Shown here: positions 40,470-50,545 of the stretch, in pieces
Numbering within the stretch: position 1 is the first letter of the stretch
How the letters are laid out: the number at the start of each line of letters is the position of its first letter
Assembly: GCA_963817895.1 (NCBI GenBank)
Contig: CAWFQB010000001.1
Span: forward strand, 992,001-1,056,000
DNA: 64,000 nucleotides
Origin: an uncultured Chthonomonadaceae bacterium
GTDB taxonomy: Bacteria > Armatimonadota > Chthonomonadetes > Chthonomonadales > Chthonomonadaceae
Reading direction: 5' to 3'
The notes under the pieces: generated by a model
The model's input: the letters and a program-made list of their open reading frames with translations, nothing else
What the model was told of the DNA's origin: nothing
Databases searched by the model: none
Program-made: the position numbers and the translations under genes

Positions 40470-40943
40470 ATGAAGTGTCCGTTCTGTGGCGTTGTCAACC
40501 GGGATCGCGTGCTGGAAACCCGCACGTTGAATGAAGGAGCCTCCATCAAGCGACGGCGCGAGTGCGAACACTGCGGTCGCCGCTTCACCACAATGGAGGA
40601 GATCGAAGAACTGCAATTGTTTGTGGTCAAAAGCAACAATCGCCGCGTACCCTTCGACCGTAAGAAAATCGTGGAGGGTATGCGACTGGCCTGCAAAGGC
40701 CGCAAAGACATCCACGTTGAAACCTTAGAGGAGGCCGCCGCCGACATCGAGCGGATGCTGTACAACCGGCTGGAAAAAGAGGTTCCCTCCCGCGAAATCG
40801 GCGAACTGGTCATGGACAAATTGAAGGCCATAGATCAGGTGGCGTATGTGCGTTTCGCGTCCGTGTACCGCCAGTTCGAGGACGCCACGCAGTTCAAAGA
40901 GATCGTCAACATGCTGCGGCGGCGCGATACAAAAAAACCATGA
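40470..40943 (+). CDS. nrdR: Transcriptional repressor NrdR
   Basis: MKCPFC, RRRECEHCGRRFTT, ATP cone, DQVAYVRFASVY. Confidence 0.97.
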   Translation: MKCPFCGVVNRDRVLETRTLNEGASIKRRRECEHCGRRFTTMEEIEELQLFVVKSNNRRVPFDRKKIVEGMRLACKGRKDIHVETLEEAAADIERMLYNRLEKEVPSREIGELVMDKLKAIDQVAYVRFASVYRQFEDATQFKEIVNMLRRRDTKKP

Positions 40944-41600
40944 AAGCCATTTTATTCGACCTCGACGGCACACTGGCCGACACGCACGGCCTGATTATGC
41001 AGTGTTACGAGCATACGATTGAAGCGCATTTGGGCCGTCCGATGCGGCGCGAAATCTGGGAACGGCTTGTCGGCCTGCCCTTAGATGATACCCTGACGGC
41101 GGTATGCGCGTTCTACAATGTGGAACTGACGCCCACATTGCTCGACGAGTTGCGGCAAACATACCGCGCCCACATGCGGGCCAATTGTGACGATGTTCGC
41201 GCCTTTCCCGGCGTTGTGGAGATGCTGAACGGCCTGCGCGAACGCGGGCTGCGCATGGCGATTGTCACCACCAAGTTCCGTCACAATGGCGGTTCGCCAT
41301 CTGGAAACATCGGGGCTGACGGACTATTTTGAATTCATCGTTCCCGGCGACGAAGTGACCCATCCCAAGCCGGACGCCGAGCCGTTTCTACGCGCCTTAG
41401 CATTGCTCGGCTTGCCTCCCGAACAGGTCGCGCACGTCGGCGACAGCAGCCACGACATCGTGGGCGCGAAAGCCGCCGGTATTTATGCTATCGCTGCTCT
41501 ATGGGGTACGGACAACAAAGACGCTTTGCTTTCCGCTAACCCTGACCTGATTATTTCCACGCCGGAAGAATTGTCGCGACCGCAACAATCGCTTCGGTAA
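40940..41600 (+). CDS. HAD-superfamily phosphatase, PpaX-like (frameshift ~41280)
   Basis: LFDLDGTL, IVTTK, KPDAEP, VGDSSHDI; ATGA overlap with nrdR. Confidence 0.88.
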
Positions 41601-41645
41601 CGCGCATCTTTTCCACCATTTCTTTTTGAAAGGGAGTTCGCATCC

Positions 41646-44643
41646 ATGCAAGACCCCCAGCAGACCAACATTGACAGCGTGATTCATTCCGACGACACGC
41701 AAACCCCGCCCACAGACATCGCCGTAGCCCGCGTCAGCAACGGGCATGGCGTCAGCGACAAAGCCGACAAAGCCAACGGGCGCGTGAAAGTGGCCGCGAC
41801 CAATGGCAGCGGCAATGACAGCAATTTCCGGCTCAACAACGCGACCGGCCTGAAAGTGGAGCGCCGCTTCACCCAACCCGGCGAGGACGTGTACAGCACG
41901 GTGGAATGGGAATTGCGCGACGCGGTAATTTCCAACGAGCGCGGCGAAAAAGTGTTCGAGCAGAAGAATTGCGAAATCCCTAAATCGTGGACGCAACTTG
42001 CCACCAACGTCGTCGTGTCCAAGTATTTCCGGGGGCATGTCGGGACGCCCGAACGCGAACACAGCGTCCGGCAGCTTATCGGGCGCGTGGCCGATACCAT
42101 TGCCAACTGGGGCCGCAAAATGGACTATTTTGCGACTGAAGCCGACGCGCAAACCTTTCAGGACGAACTCACCCACATTCTGCTGCACCAGAAAGCCGCC
42201 TTCAACTCCCCCGTCTGGTTCAACGTCGGCCTCAAAGATCAGCCGGTTCCGCAGGCTTCGGCCTGTTTTATCAACAGCGTGGATGACACAATGGAGTCCA
42301 TTCTCACGCTTGCAAAAACCGAGGGTATGCTGTTCAAGTTCGGCAGCGGCACGGGAACCAACCTTTCTACGCTTCGCGGTTCCAATGAGAAGCTCAAAGG
42401 CGGCGGCACGGCGTCCGGTCCCCTCTCCTTTATGCGCGGTTTCGACCAGTTTGCCGCTGCCATAAAAAGTGGTGGAAAAACGAGACGTGCTGCAAAAATG
42501 GTTTTACTTGATGTAACACATCCCGACATTGAGCCGTTCATTGTCAGCAAGGCCGATGAGGAGAAAAAGGCGTGGGCGCTGATTGACTCCGGTTACAGCG
42601 GCATGTTCAATGTGCCGGGTGGCGCGTATGACAGCGTCCAGTTCCAGAACGCGAACCATTCCGTGCGCGTCACCGACGAGTTCATGCAGACGTACCTCAA
42701 AGGCGGGCAGTGGACTACGCTTAATGTGACGGACAATCAGCCCAACAAAACCTATCAAGCCGCCGACCTGATGAAGAAAATCGGCGAAAGCGCGTGGATT
42801 TGCGGCGATCCCGGCATGCAGTACGACACCACCATCAACAAGTGGCACACATGCAAAAACACAGATAAAATTAATGCAAGTAATCCATGCTCGGAATTCG
42901 TTTTTCTTGATGATACAGCATGTAATTTGTCGTCGTTAAACCTGATGAAGTTCCGCAACGCGCAGTATGACTTCGATGTGGAAGCGTTCAAGCATGGCTG
43001 CCGCAGTTATGATTATCGCGCAGGAGATTCTCGTGGACAACGCGAGCTACCCGACGCCGCGTATTCAGGAGAACTCGCACGATTACCGCCCGCTCGGTCT
43101 GGGCTACGCCAACCTGGGCGCGCTGCTCATGGCGCGCGGACTGGCCTATGACAGCGACGAGGGCCGCGCGTATGCCGGGGCCATTACCGCTATTATGACG
43201 GGGGAAGCGTACCATCAGTCCGCTATCATTGCCCGCGATCACGGCTGGGCCTTTCCCGGCTACCACAAGAACCGCGAACCCATGCTCGATGTCATGCGGA
43301 TGCACCGGCAGGCCGTGGAAGACATCAACGGCAAACTGGTTCCCGCCGACATGATGCAATCCTCCCGTAAGTGTTGGGACGATGCCATTGAGGTGGGAAC
43401 GGACAACGGCTATCGCAATGCGCAGGTCACGGTGTTGGCCCCCACCGGAACTATAGGGTTTCTGATGGACTGTGACACGACCGGGATTGAGCCGGACATT
43501 GCCATCGTCAAGTACAAGAACCTTGTCGGCGGCGGCGTGATGAAAATCGTCAACAACACCGTGCCGGAAGCTCTGATGCGATTAGGTTACTCGGAAACGG
43601 AAGTGAAGAGCATCATCGCCTACATTGACGCGCATGACACCATCGAAGGCAATCCCGATCTCAAACCCGAACACCTGTCCATTTTCGACTGCGCGTTCAA
43701 ACCCGGCAATGGTGAGCGTTCCATCCACTATCTCGGACACGTCCGCATGATGGCTGCCGCCCAACCGTTCCTTTCCGGGGCGATCTCAAAGACCGTGAAC
43801 ATGCCGCATGAGGCGACAGCAGAAGAGATTATGGGCGTTTATGTCGAAGGCTGGAAACTCGGACTGAAAGCCATTGCCATTTATCGCGACGGATCGAAGC
43901 GCACACAGCCGCTGATGACGAAAAAAGCGGATGTGGCGAAAACCGATGAGGGCAAAGGAAAGAGGGAAGAGGGAACAGAAACAGCCCCAACACCAGTCAC
44001 CAGCCACCAATCGCCAGCCACCATTGTCGTCAACAAACCGCTGCGGCGAAAATTGCCCGACGAGCGGGCGGCAATGACCCACAAGTTCAGCATTGCGGGA
44101 CACGAGGGCTACATCACGGTCGGCATGTACCCGGACGGCACACCCGGCGAAATCTTCCTGACCATGAGCAAGGAAGGCTCGACGATTTCCGGCCTGATGG
44201 ACTCGTTTGCGACCGCTATTTCGCTTGCGCTGCAATACGGCGTACCGCTGCAAACCCTTGTGGACAAGTTCGCGCATGCCCGGTTTGAGCCGTCCGGCGT
44301 CACCAACAACCCGGACATACGTTTCGCCAAGTCCATCATGGATTATATCTTCCGGTGGCTGGGTTCCAAGTTCCTCAACCGCGTGCCGGAACCCACGCAG
44401 CCAACGTTGTCCAACGGACACGGCGAAGAGAATTCCATCAGCGCAGCCGCAGAAGCCCCGCCCCTGACGCTGACGGCTGCGCCCACAGTGGAGACGCAAC
44501 CGCAATCCCTTGCGGATCGGGAACATCAAACGTTCCAGAATCAGTCGGACGCCCCCATTTGCACGGAATGTGGCGCAATCATGGTGCGCAATGGCGCCTG
44601 CTACAAATGCCTGTCGTGTGGCTCAGTATACGGCTGTTCGTAA
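41646..44643 (+). CDS. nrdJ: Vitamin B12-dependent (class II) ribonucleotide reductase with TSCPD domain and C-terminal Zn ribbon (frameshift ~43000)
   Basis: FNSPVWFN, QASACFI, SGGKTRRAAKM, ASNPCSE, ACNL, LGLGYANLG, APTGTI, AISKTVN, YRDGSK, CTECG...CYKCLSCG. Confidence 0.95.
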
Positions 44644-44646
44644 AAT

Positions 44647-44721
44647 AGGGAGTGGGGAGTAGGTTAACGCACAGATTGAACGGGGTTCTTCCTACTCCCC
44701 ACTCCCTGCTCCCTACTCCCT
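44647..44721. repeat. Inverted heptamer tandem repeat (GGGAGTR)n ... (CTACTCC/CCACTCC)n
   Basis: AGGGAGTGGGGAGTAGG ... CCTACTCCCCACTCCCT directly after the nrdJ stop. Confidence 0.75.
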
Positions 44722-44737
44722 ATCCTGGAGTTTCCTC

Positions 44738-45142
44738 ATGCTGAAAATCGTTGAAGTACATCCCGCCGCAAATCCACAGAGCGAGTATGTCGTACTGCAA
44801 AATCAGGGGTTAGTGACGGTCAATCTGCGCGGATGGGCGGTCTGTACGGAAGATTATCTGGAGGGCAGCGCACAGGAGGCGGTGGCAGGCATGTATGTCT
44901 TTCGAGACGACATTCCTGTCAAGCCTTATGCGCGGGTAGTGCTGTTTACCGGCGAGGGCATAGCGGGGTGGGTTCCTACTGTGGATGGCAAGCAGGCGTA
45001 CTGCGCGTACTGGGGCCGAACACAGGCTGATCTGGAAACGCTCCAAAACCGTTCATGTGCTGCAAATGGCGGCGTCGCGCAAGGTTGTTCCGCTTGTCCG
45101 CGAAACAACGCCCGTTCCGAGAAAACAAGCGTTAAGCGTTGA
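44738..45142 (+). CDS. Lamin-tail-domain-like small protein (possible frameshift ~45025)
   Basis: EYVVLQNQG..VNLRGW...YVF...VVLFTGEG...YWGR resembles LTD. Confidence 0.55.
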   Translation: MLKIVEVHPAANPQSEYVVLQNQGLVTVNLRGWAVCTEDYLEGSAQEAVAGMYVFRDDIPVKPYARVVLFTGEGIAGWVPTVDGKQAYCAYWGRTQADLETLQNRSCAANGGVAQGCSACPRNNARSEKTSVKR

Positions 45143-45191
45143 GCATTAAACAGTCGGAATAACTTTCGGTCTTAATGCTCAATGCTCAACG
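45128..45191. repeat. Inverted heptamer tandem repeat (AGCRTTR)n ... (YAAYGCT)n
   Basis: AGCGTTAAGCGTTGAGCATTAA ... TTAATGCTCAATGCTCAACGC. Confidence 0.65.
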
Positions 45192-45336
45192 CCAGCTTCT
45201 TAACACATCATTCTTATTACAGGTCAACGCAAATCTGGTTTGCAATTCCGGGTGTTGAAAACACCCGTCTAAAGTGGCGTTCCGCCAAGCGTCCTACCGG
45301 ACGCGAATTCCACTCCCTATTTCTATTGACCTGTAC

Positions 45337-46365
45337 TTAGCGTTGCTGCGCGAAGTCAGGAGTTTTAGCGGCCTGATCTTCGATGTCGCCCACTTCGCCT
45401 TTGTTCTGGTGATCTCCGGCTACGGTTCCGATTGCGCCGCCCTGACGCGGGCCACCGTCATGCATCGTTTCCTGATCCACCACCAATTTTTGCGAGGCCG
45501 CGCCGCTTTCCTGCGGGGGAACCGGGAACTCGCGATCCCGCAACTCCTCGCCAACGGCCATTTTGCCCTCCGCCTGTGTGGAAAGCGCCTGCTCTGCCGC
45601 GCCGCCGGGAGAAGTGGAGGGCGCGGGGCCGGCGGAAGCGGCTGGCGCGTTAGCCGCCTGCGCGCCTGTCACTGGCGTAGACGAAGCGAAGATTGCATCA
45701 CTGTTTGTCATGGAATTGCCTTTCGCACCCACCGAACGATTACCCGCGCTCTCCGAAGTCGGCTGGCTGTTGGCTTGCAGAGCCTGATCGTACTCCTCGC
45801 TCATTTTGCCGCGCTTGCGCGACCCCCCGGATGTTGCCGTATTGGTTGTTGCCGCCGTTGCCGCTATGACCGACGGCGTTATCATCTCCGGCGTTGCTGC
45901 CGCTGATTTCGCTGTCTTGCCTGTTTTGGCCTTCTTTGGAGTAGAAGCCGGTGTGGTAGGAGCGGGCGACTGTAGTGGATTCGCGCCCTGATTTACAATT
46001 GGTTCCGGCGCGGCTTCAGGTTCCACAAGCGCGGTACGCGCATCATTGGTAGGCGTGGCGCTTTGCGGCATCCCCGCAACAAGCGAAACGGATGCGTCCA
46101 CAGCAAGCGGAACCGGCGTACCCGTGCCTTCCGATTGCAGCGCTAAATCTGCTGTCTGGTTCGCGCGCGACGATGGTTTGCCGGATGTTGCCGACGGCGT
46201 CTCCTGCCGCGCCTGCATTGCCCATTTGGCGATAGCGCCTGCCACGCCGACGGCCCCCGCCCCCAGAATCAGCCACGAGCGCATCTGTCTTTTCCGCGCG
46301 GCAAGCGGCGTTTCCTCAAAATTTTTGGTTTGTCTTGATTGCGGGCGCGGTGGCCGGGTTCCCAT
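45337..46365 (-). CDS. Hypothetical membrane-anchored low-complexity (Ala/Thr/Pro/Ser) protein
   Basis: RBS AAGGAG; single TM near N-terminus; disordered remainder. Confidence 0.6.
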   Translation of the reverse strand: MGTRPPRPQSRQTKNFEETPLAARKRQMRSWLILGAGAVGVAGAIAKWAMQARQETPSATSGKPSSRANQTADLALQSEGTGTPVPLAVDASVSLVAGMPQSATPTNDARTALVEPEAAPEPIVNQGANPLQSPAPTTPASTPKKAKTGKTAKSAAATPEMITPSVIAATAATTNTATSGGSRKRGKMSEEYDQALQANSQPTSESAGNRSVGAKGNSMTNSDAIFASSTPVTGAQAANAPAASAGPAPSTSPGGAAEQALSTQAEGKMAVGEELRDREFPVPPQESGAASQKLVVDQETMHDGGPRQGGAIGTVAGDHQNKGEVGDIEDQAAKTPDFAQQR

Positions 46366-46444
46366 AGCAAAGCACTCCTTTATCGGCGCGTTTTGGCAAA
46401 AGGACGTTGGTTTGTCCACGCTTGTTCCGGCAAAGCGCGATACG

Positions 46445-47581
46445 CTAACTCGTCATGTCGCCACCATTGGCAACGGCTTCACGAAAACGGTCTTCATCAA
46501 GCGCAAGCCCAAATCCGGGCGAGTCGGGAATGTGCAGTTTTCCCGCTTCGATAATGTAACCCGGCGCTTCCAGTCCGGGCGTTGTCGCTTCATCCCATTC
46601 GATAAAGGTGAAGTTCGGCAGCGCGGGGGCCAGATGCCCGGAAATGTAGTTGCCCACATGTCCGCCGTAGTGATGCGGAGCCGCGCGAACGTTCCATTGG
46701 GCTATCTGTCGGCCTGTTTGCAGCCACCGGGTAAATCCGTACCCGAAGATGTCGTACTGAATCACGTCAATCAAGCCCTCCTGCGCCCAGTTGAGCAGGC
46801 GCGGGGCAGCATCGCCTTCGCCGTCCGCAATCAGGGTCGGCAGGGCGCGGGCTTGCAGCCACGTTTTCAGGTCGCGATACAATACGGGGTCTTCGTGAAA
46901 CGCCTCTTCCAGCCAGAACAGGTTGCATTCGGCTGTTTCCGCCAGAACGCGCTTGGTAAGATTGAGATTGTAGCCGTTGTTGGCGTCAATGAACAGAGTT
47001 GCGTCCGGCCCTGCCATTTCCCGAACCGCGTGGATAATAGCAATATCCCGCTCGATTCCCGCTTCCAGCGGCAGGTGACGCGCCCCTCTGCCGACTTTGA
47101 TTTTGAAATTACAATGTCCCCGCGCCATATCCTGCCGCGTTTCATCGGCAAGGAGGGCGGCGGCTTCCGCTATGGAATCGAGATGCAGGTCATCGAAATA
47201 CAGTGACGTATCGTAGCAGGGGACGCGCAGAGTTTCCGGCGCGGCTTGTCCCGCAATCCGCGCCGCGAGCGCGTAAACCGGCAGATTGTTTTGCTTGCCA
47301 ACTAAGTCCCACAGCGCGTATTCCACGCCCCTTCCCGTGTCCAGAACTCCGACTTCGGGATCATACAAATCGCTCAGGGACGCGCCGAGCAGACACTCCG
47401 CCTGTTCCTTTTCAATCCGGCTCGCCCCAAAACCCGTAGCGCCGTCTGCGGTTGTCAAACGAACGAGCGGCAGGGGGATGCGGCTGCCGTGTTCTCCCAA
47501 TCGGGCATTGCATCCGGCATTGCGCGGACGCTGCCCCTCCAATTGTCCCCATTCGATGCGTGTAACGCGAGTGTTGTCCAT
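46445..47581 (-). CDS. Mandelate racemase / enolase-superfamily dehydratase
   Basis: EYALWDLVGK, LPVYAL, FKIKVG (KxK), IDAN, WLEE, ADGE. Confidence 0.88.
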   Translation of the reverse strand: MDNTRVTRIEWGQLEGQRPRNAGCNARLGEHGSRIPLPLVRLTTADGATGFGASRIEKEQAECLLGASLSDLYDPEVGVLDTGRGVEYALWDLVGKQNNLPVYALAARIAGQAAPETLRVPCYDTSLYFDDLHLDSIAEAAALLADETRQDMARGHCNFKIKVGRGARHLPLEAGIERDIAIIHAVREMAGPDATLFIDANNGYNLNLTKRVLAETAECNLFWLEEAFHEDPVLYRDLKTWLQARALPTLIADGEGDAAPRLLNWAQEGLIDVIQYDIFGYGFTRWLQTGRQIAQWNVRAAPHHYGGHVGNYISGHLAPALPNFTFIEWDEATTPGLEAPGYIIEAGKLHIPDSPGFGLALDEDRFREAVANGGDMTS

Positions 47582-47609
47582 GTGTATTATCCTGCAAAAT
47601 ACGATGTGT

Positions 47610-48167
47610 TCAGGAAGTTGATGTAGCGTGTTGGGCTTCGCGGCGCGAACGGCGCGTGGAATGGGGTGAGCGTATCATCAGGGCGACCAGCACACAACTG
47701 AGCAGAATAAGTATCAGGATTACTAACCCCCACTTCCGCGTTTTTTGCTCCTCTATGCGGCGTCTCCGAGCGTTATCCGCCTCCTGCCATTCCGCCTGCT
47801 CGGTTTCTTTGTTCCAATCCTCGACAAACGCGCTCAAACTTGCCCACTCTTCCACAATGGAGTGGTCTTCGTGACTGAGCAGGTATACGGGCGAGTGGGC
47901 AAGGGCGGTATCTATCAAGTGTTCGTCACCCGCCGCGCCGTGTCCAATCAGGAGGTACGTCGGCTTCCAGTTTGCCTTGTCGTAATTACCGGCGGGACTC
48001 ATCGGGTCACGAGTTCCCCAAATAACCTCATCAGGATCGTCGTAGAACCAGTAGACCTCCTCATTGCCGATACGGCGGAACGGAAACTCCCGGCTGACGG
48101 CGCGGTAATCGGCGGGCAATTTCAATCCGAGAGTGTCTTCAACTTTGTCCAATTGCGCTTCGGTCAT
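47610..48167 (-). CDS. SMI1/KNR4 (SUKH) family protein with C-terminal TM helix
   Basis: MTEAQLDKVEDTLGLKLPADYR, IGHGAAGD, VYLLSHE, SLSAFV. Confidence 0.8.
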   Translation of the reverse strand: MTEAQLDKVEDTLGLKLPADYRAVSREFPFRRIGNEEVYWFYDDPDEVIWGTRDPMSPAGNYDKANWKPTYLLIGHGAAGDEHLIDTALAHSPVYLLSHEDHSIVEEWASLSAFVEDWNKETEQAEWQEADNARRRRIEEQKTRKWGLVILILILLSCVLVALMIRSPHSTRRSRREAQHATSTS

Positions 48168-48181
48168 TGTTTCACCCCCTT

Positions 48182-48317
48182 TTGTCTGAACCATGATTAG
48201 GCATGATTAAGGTGATTAGCATGATTGTGAAGCGTAAGTTTGCGCGTTTACTCGGAAGGTGAACGGAGAGTACATCGAGATAATCACCTTAATCATGCCT
48301 AATCATGGTTCAGACAA
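48182..48317. mobile_element. MITE-like element with 37-bp perfect inverted arms built from 9-mer (xxxATGATT) units
   Basis: TTGTCTGAACCATGATTAGGCATGATTAAGGTGATTA ... TAATCACCTTAATCATGCCTAATCATGGTTCAGACAA. Confidence 0.75.
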
Positions 48318-50493
48318 TCTCCCATTCCACAACAACGTCGGACAGAAATGTAAGCGGCAATTGAAACTCCAGCCGATGTGTTTCTTCCGAATAGGTAAAG
48401 GGCTGGGAATTGTCGTCGATCAAGATAGTGGCGGGACGTTTCTCGCTCCATGCGAGAAAGCGGCCCTCCCCTCGAACCCGCAGACTAATGCGCTGTTGCG
48501 CTCCGATGGTTTTCAGGAAGCCGCATTGGAGAATAGCACCTCCGCTGTTATACATATCGGCAAGACCAACGGGCGCGAAGCCGTCTCTGATAGACGCGGT
48601 AGTGAACACGTCGCCGGTCAGCGCGGGCAATTCAAACTGCCAGCGTTCTTCTAAATTCAGGACGCGGCACTCGCCTGTGGAATGGCGGAAAACCACATAC
48701 TGCTCGCCAGGAATCCCGTCAATATCGGAAGGGGAGACGTACCCTGCCATGCTCGCCTCTTCCTGAACCACTGCGTTCGGGGCGGCAATATCGGAAAGCG
48801 AGACTTTGTCAACATTAGCGGCGTCCCCGGCTGTTGGCGGCTGATCAGGCGCATGGTAACGCGCATTGAACACCCCGACAACGCCGCCGCGCAGTTCGCT
48901 CCAATTGCGGTTGAAGATTTTGAGCAGAACGTCTTCTTTGGTCGGGTCGTGGAACAGGCAGTCGCGGGTCGGGCGTCCGGGGTTGGGCGAACGCAAAACG
49001 GTTCCATCCGGCAACACCAGTTTGCGCAATACGTCGAAGTTGTGCGTGTCGGGCTTGTCGGACACGTACACGGGACTGCCGCTCACCGCCCGCCCCATCG
49101 CGTGAAACGCGCCCATTTCATGTCCCGACTGAAACATATCCCAATCCGGGTGAACGAATTCGCCGAACCACAGGCTGACAAGCGCGTTCACGTACAAATG
49201 CTCGCCGTGCGATTCAGGTTTGTTGGGCCAAAAGTCGGTAGAGGTTCGCGTGATATTGGAATTGAGCGCGGCGTACAGCATGTCGTTGGCGCAGGACATG
49301 CAGTTGATAAGGTTGCCGTCAAAGTGCGTGTTTACCGAACCCTCCAGCGCCTCGTGGTAGTTGCGCATCAGGCGGACGCGCCCGCCCTCCCCTGCCGCGA
49401 TGCCCTCAATCGTCGCCTGCGTATCCACCTTTACGCCGTCCACGCCCTGTTTGCGCAAATAGCGGTGATAATCCTGAAAGAAGCGGTAAATGGCTTTGCC
49501 GCTCACCAGCCCAACGGTTTCGCCCCACCATTGCGTGTTCAACATCGGGCGATGATGCAGGATACCGGGCGCGAACCGGCGCGGAACCGGGCGAACGTCA
49601 TACTCCGCCATTAAATCTTCATCCACGCCGCCCCAGTAGCCGTTGAGCGCGTGCCACACGAGAAACGTTTGCAGGCCGTACTCTTCCTTTGCCATGCGTA
49701 CCATCGGGGCAAGCCCATCGGGAAACTTTTCGTTGGCGGCAAAGGCGGTCAGGCGCGTTTCCCCGGACGGACGCTTGCGAACGGACTGCCAGCCATCGTC
49801 CAGAATCAGCAGGCGCAGTTGAATGCCGCCCTTGCGAAAACTCTCCAGCCCGACTGCGACTTTATCCTGCGACACATCCTGATAAAAGGCGTCCCACGTA
49901 CACCAGCCGAACTGATTGGCAAATTCGGGCAGGAGTTTATGGCGGCGTAATCTTCCCGTCTGCATCCGCGCCATGACACTTTCCGCCGCCCATTCCATCA
50001 GCAAGTAGGGATTTTTATGCGCGGCGATGAACAGGCAAACGGCTTCGGTTGTGCAGACGGAGGGATCGTTCGACTCGACAACTAGTTCCAAACCCTTCTC
50101 ACCCGCGCCCTGTAAACACGCCCGAAAATCGCCGTCCAGAATGGGCGCGAACAGAACCACGCTTTTATCTTCGCGTTCGCACAGCAGAAATTGCGTTTCC
50201 GGCAATACGTCGCCTGCCCTGACGCCCACTTTGGCGGTCATCCAGAACGGCTCGTAGCGGTGCGCAAAGGTCAGCCGCGCTATGCCGGATAGTTCGCCAA
50301 GCGGAAACACGAGCCGCGCCAGCGGCTTTTCATGGACGCAATGCACAAACACGCCCACGCCGTTCGGATCATCAATCAGGGTTGTGGTGGAAGGCAGTCC
50401 GGTTAAAATGATCGCGCCCTTGACGCTTAAGATACCGTCCGCAAGCGTCCAATCCATTTCAGAAACGATATTGACAGAGGAGTTTTCAGGCAT
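48310..50493 (-). CDS. Sip1 / raffinose synthase-like GH36 alpha-galactosidase
   Basis: FGWCTWDAFY, LILDDGWQ, VWHALNGYWGGV, GVDGVKVDTQ, INCM, PDWDMFQS, YVSDKP. Confidence 0.93.
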   Translation of the reverse strand: MPENSSVNIVSEMDWTLADGILSVKGAIILTGLPSTTTLIDDPNGVGVFVHCVHEKPLARLVFPLGELSGIARLTFAHRYEPFWMTAKVGVRAGDVLPETQFLLCEREDKSVVLFAPILDGDFRACLQGAGEKGLELVVESNDPSVCTTEAVCLFIAAHKNPYLLMEWAAESVMARMQTGRLRRHKLLPEFANQFGWCTWDAFYQDVSQDKVAVGLESFRKGGIQLRLLILDDGWQSVRKRPSGETRLTAFAANEKFPDGLAPMVRMAKEEYGLQTFLVWHALNGYWGGVDEDLMAEYDVRPVPRRFAPGILHHRPMLNTQWWGETVGLVSGKAIYRFFQDYHRYLRKQGVDGVKVDTQATIEGIAAGEGGRVRLMRNYHEALEGSVNTHFDGNLINCMSCANDMLYAALNSNITRTSTDFWPNKPESHGEHLYVNALVSLWFGEFVHPDWDMFQSGHEMGAFHAMGRAVSGSPVYVSDKPDTHNFDVLRKLVLPDGTVLRSPNPGRPTRDCLFHDPTKEDVLLKIFNRNWSELRGGVVGVFNARYHAPDQPPTAGDAANVDKVSLSDIAAPNAVVQEEASMAGYVSPSDIDGIPGEQYVVFRHSTGECRVLNLEERWQFELPALTGDVFTTASIRDGFAPVGLADMYNSGGAILQCGFLKTIGAQQRISLRVRGEGRFLAWSEKRPATILIDDNSQPFTYSEETHRLEFQLPLTFLSDVVVEWEIV

Positions 50494-50505
50494 AGTGGAC
50501 TCCGG

Positions 50506-50545
50506 TTGTCTGAACCATGATCAGGCATGATTATGGTTCAGACAA
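50506..50545. repeat. Minimal copy of the TTGTCTGAACCAT element
   Basis: TTGTCTGAACCATGATCAGGCATGATTATGGTTCAGACAA. Confidence 0.75.

Noticed and set aside
41646..44643. Intein or intron in nrdJ
   Set aside because: The catalytic motifs are contiguous and the length is normal; no splicing or LAGLIDADG motifs are present.
1043..45142. Many frameshifted genes (TPR, GH127, cysteine synthase, cystathionine lyase, AKR, PKD, Uma2, HAD, nrdJ) as pseudogenes or programmed frameshifts
   Set aside because: The breaks are small indels, often at homopolymers, with no in-frame stops or motif decay, and they hit unrelated genes. Sequencing or consensus error is more likely; read re-polishing would confirm.
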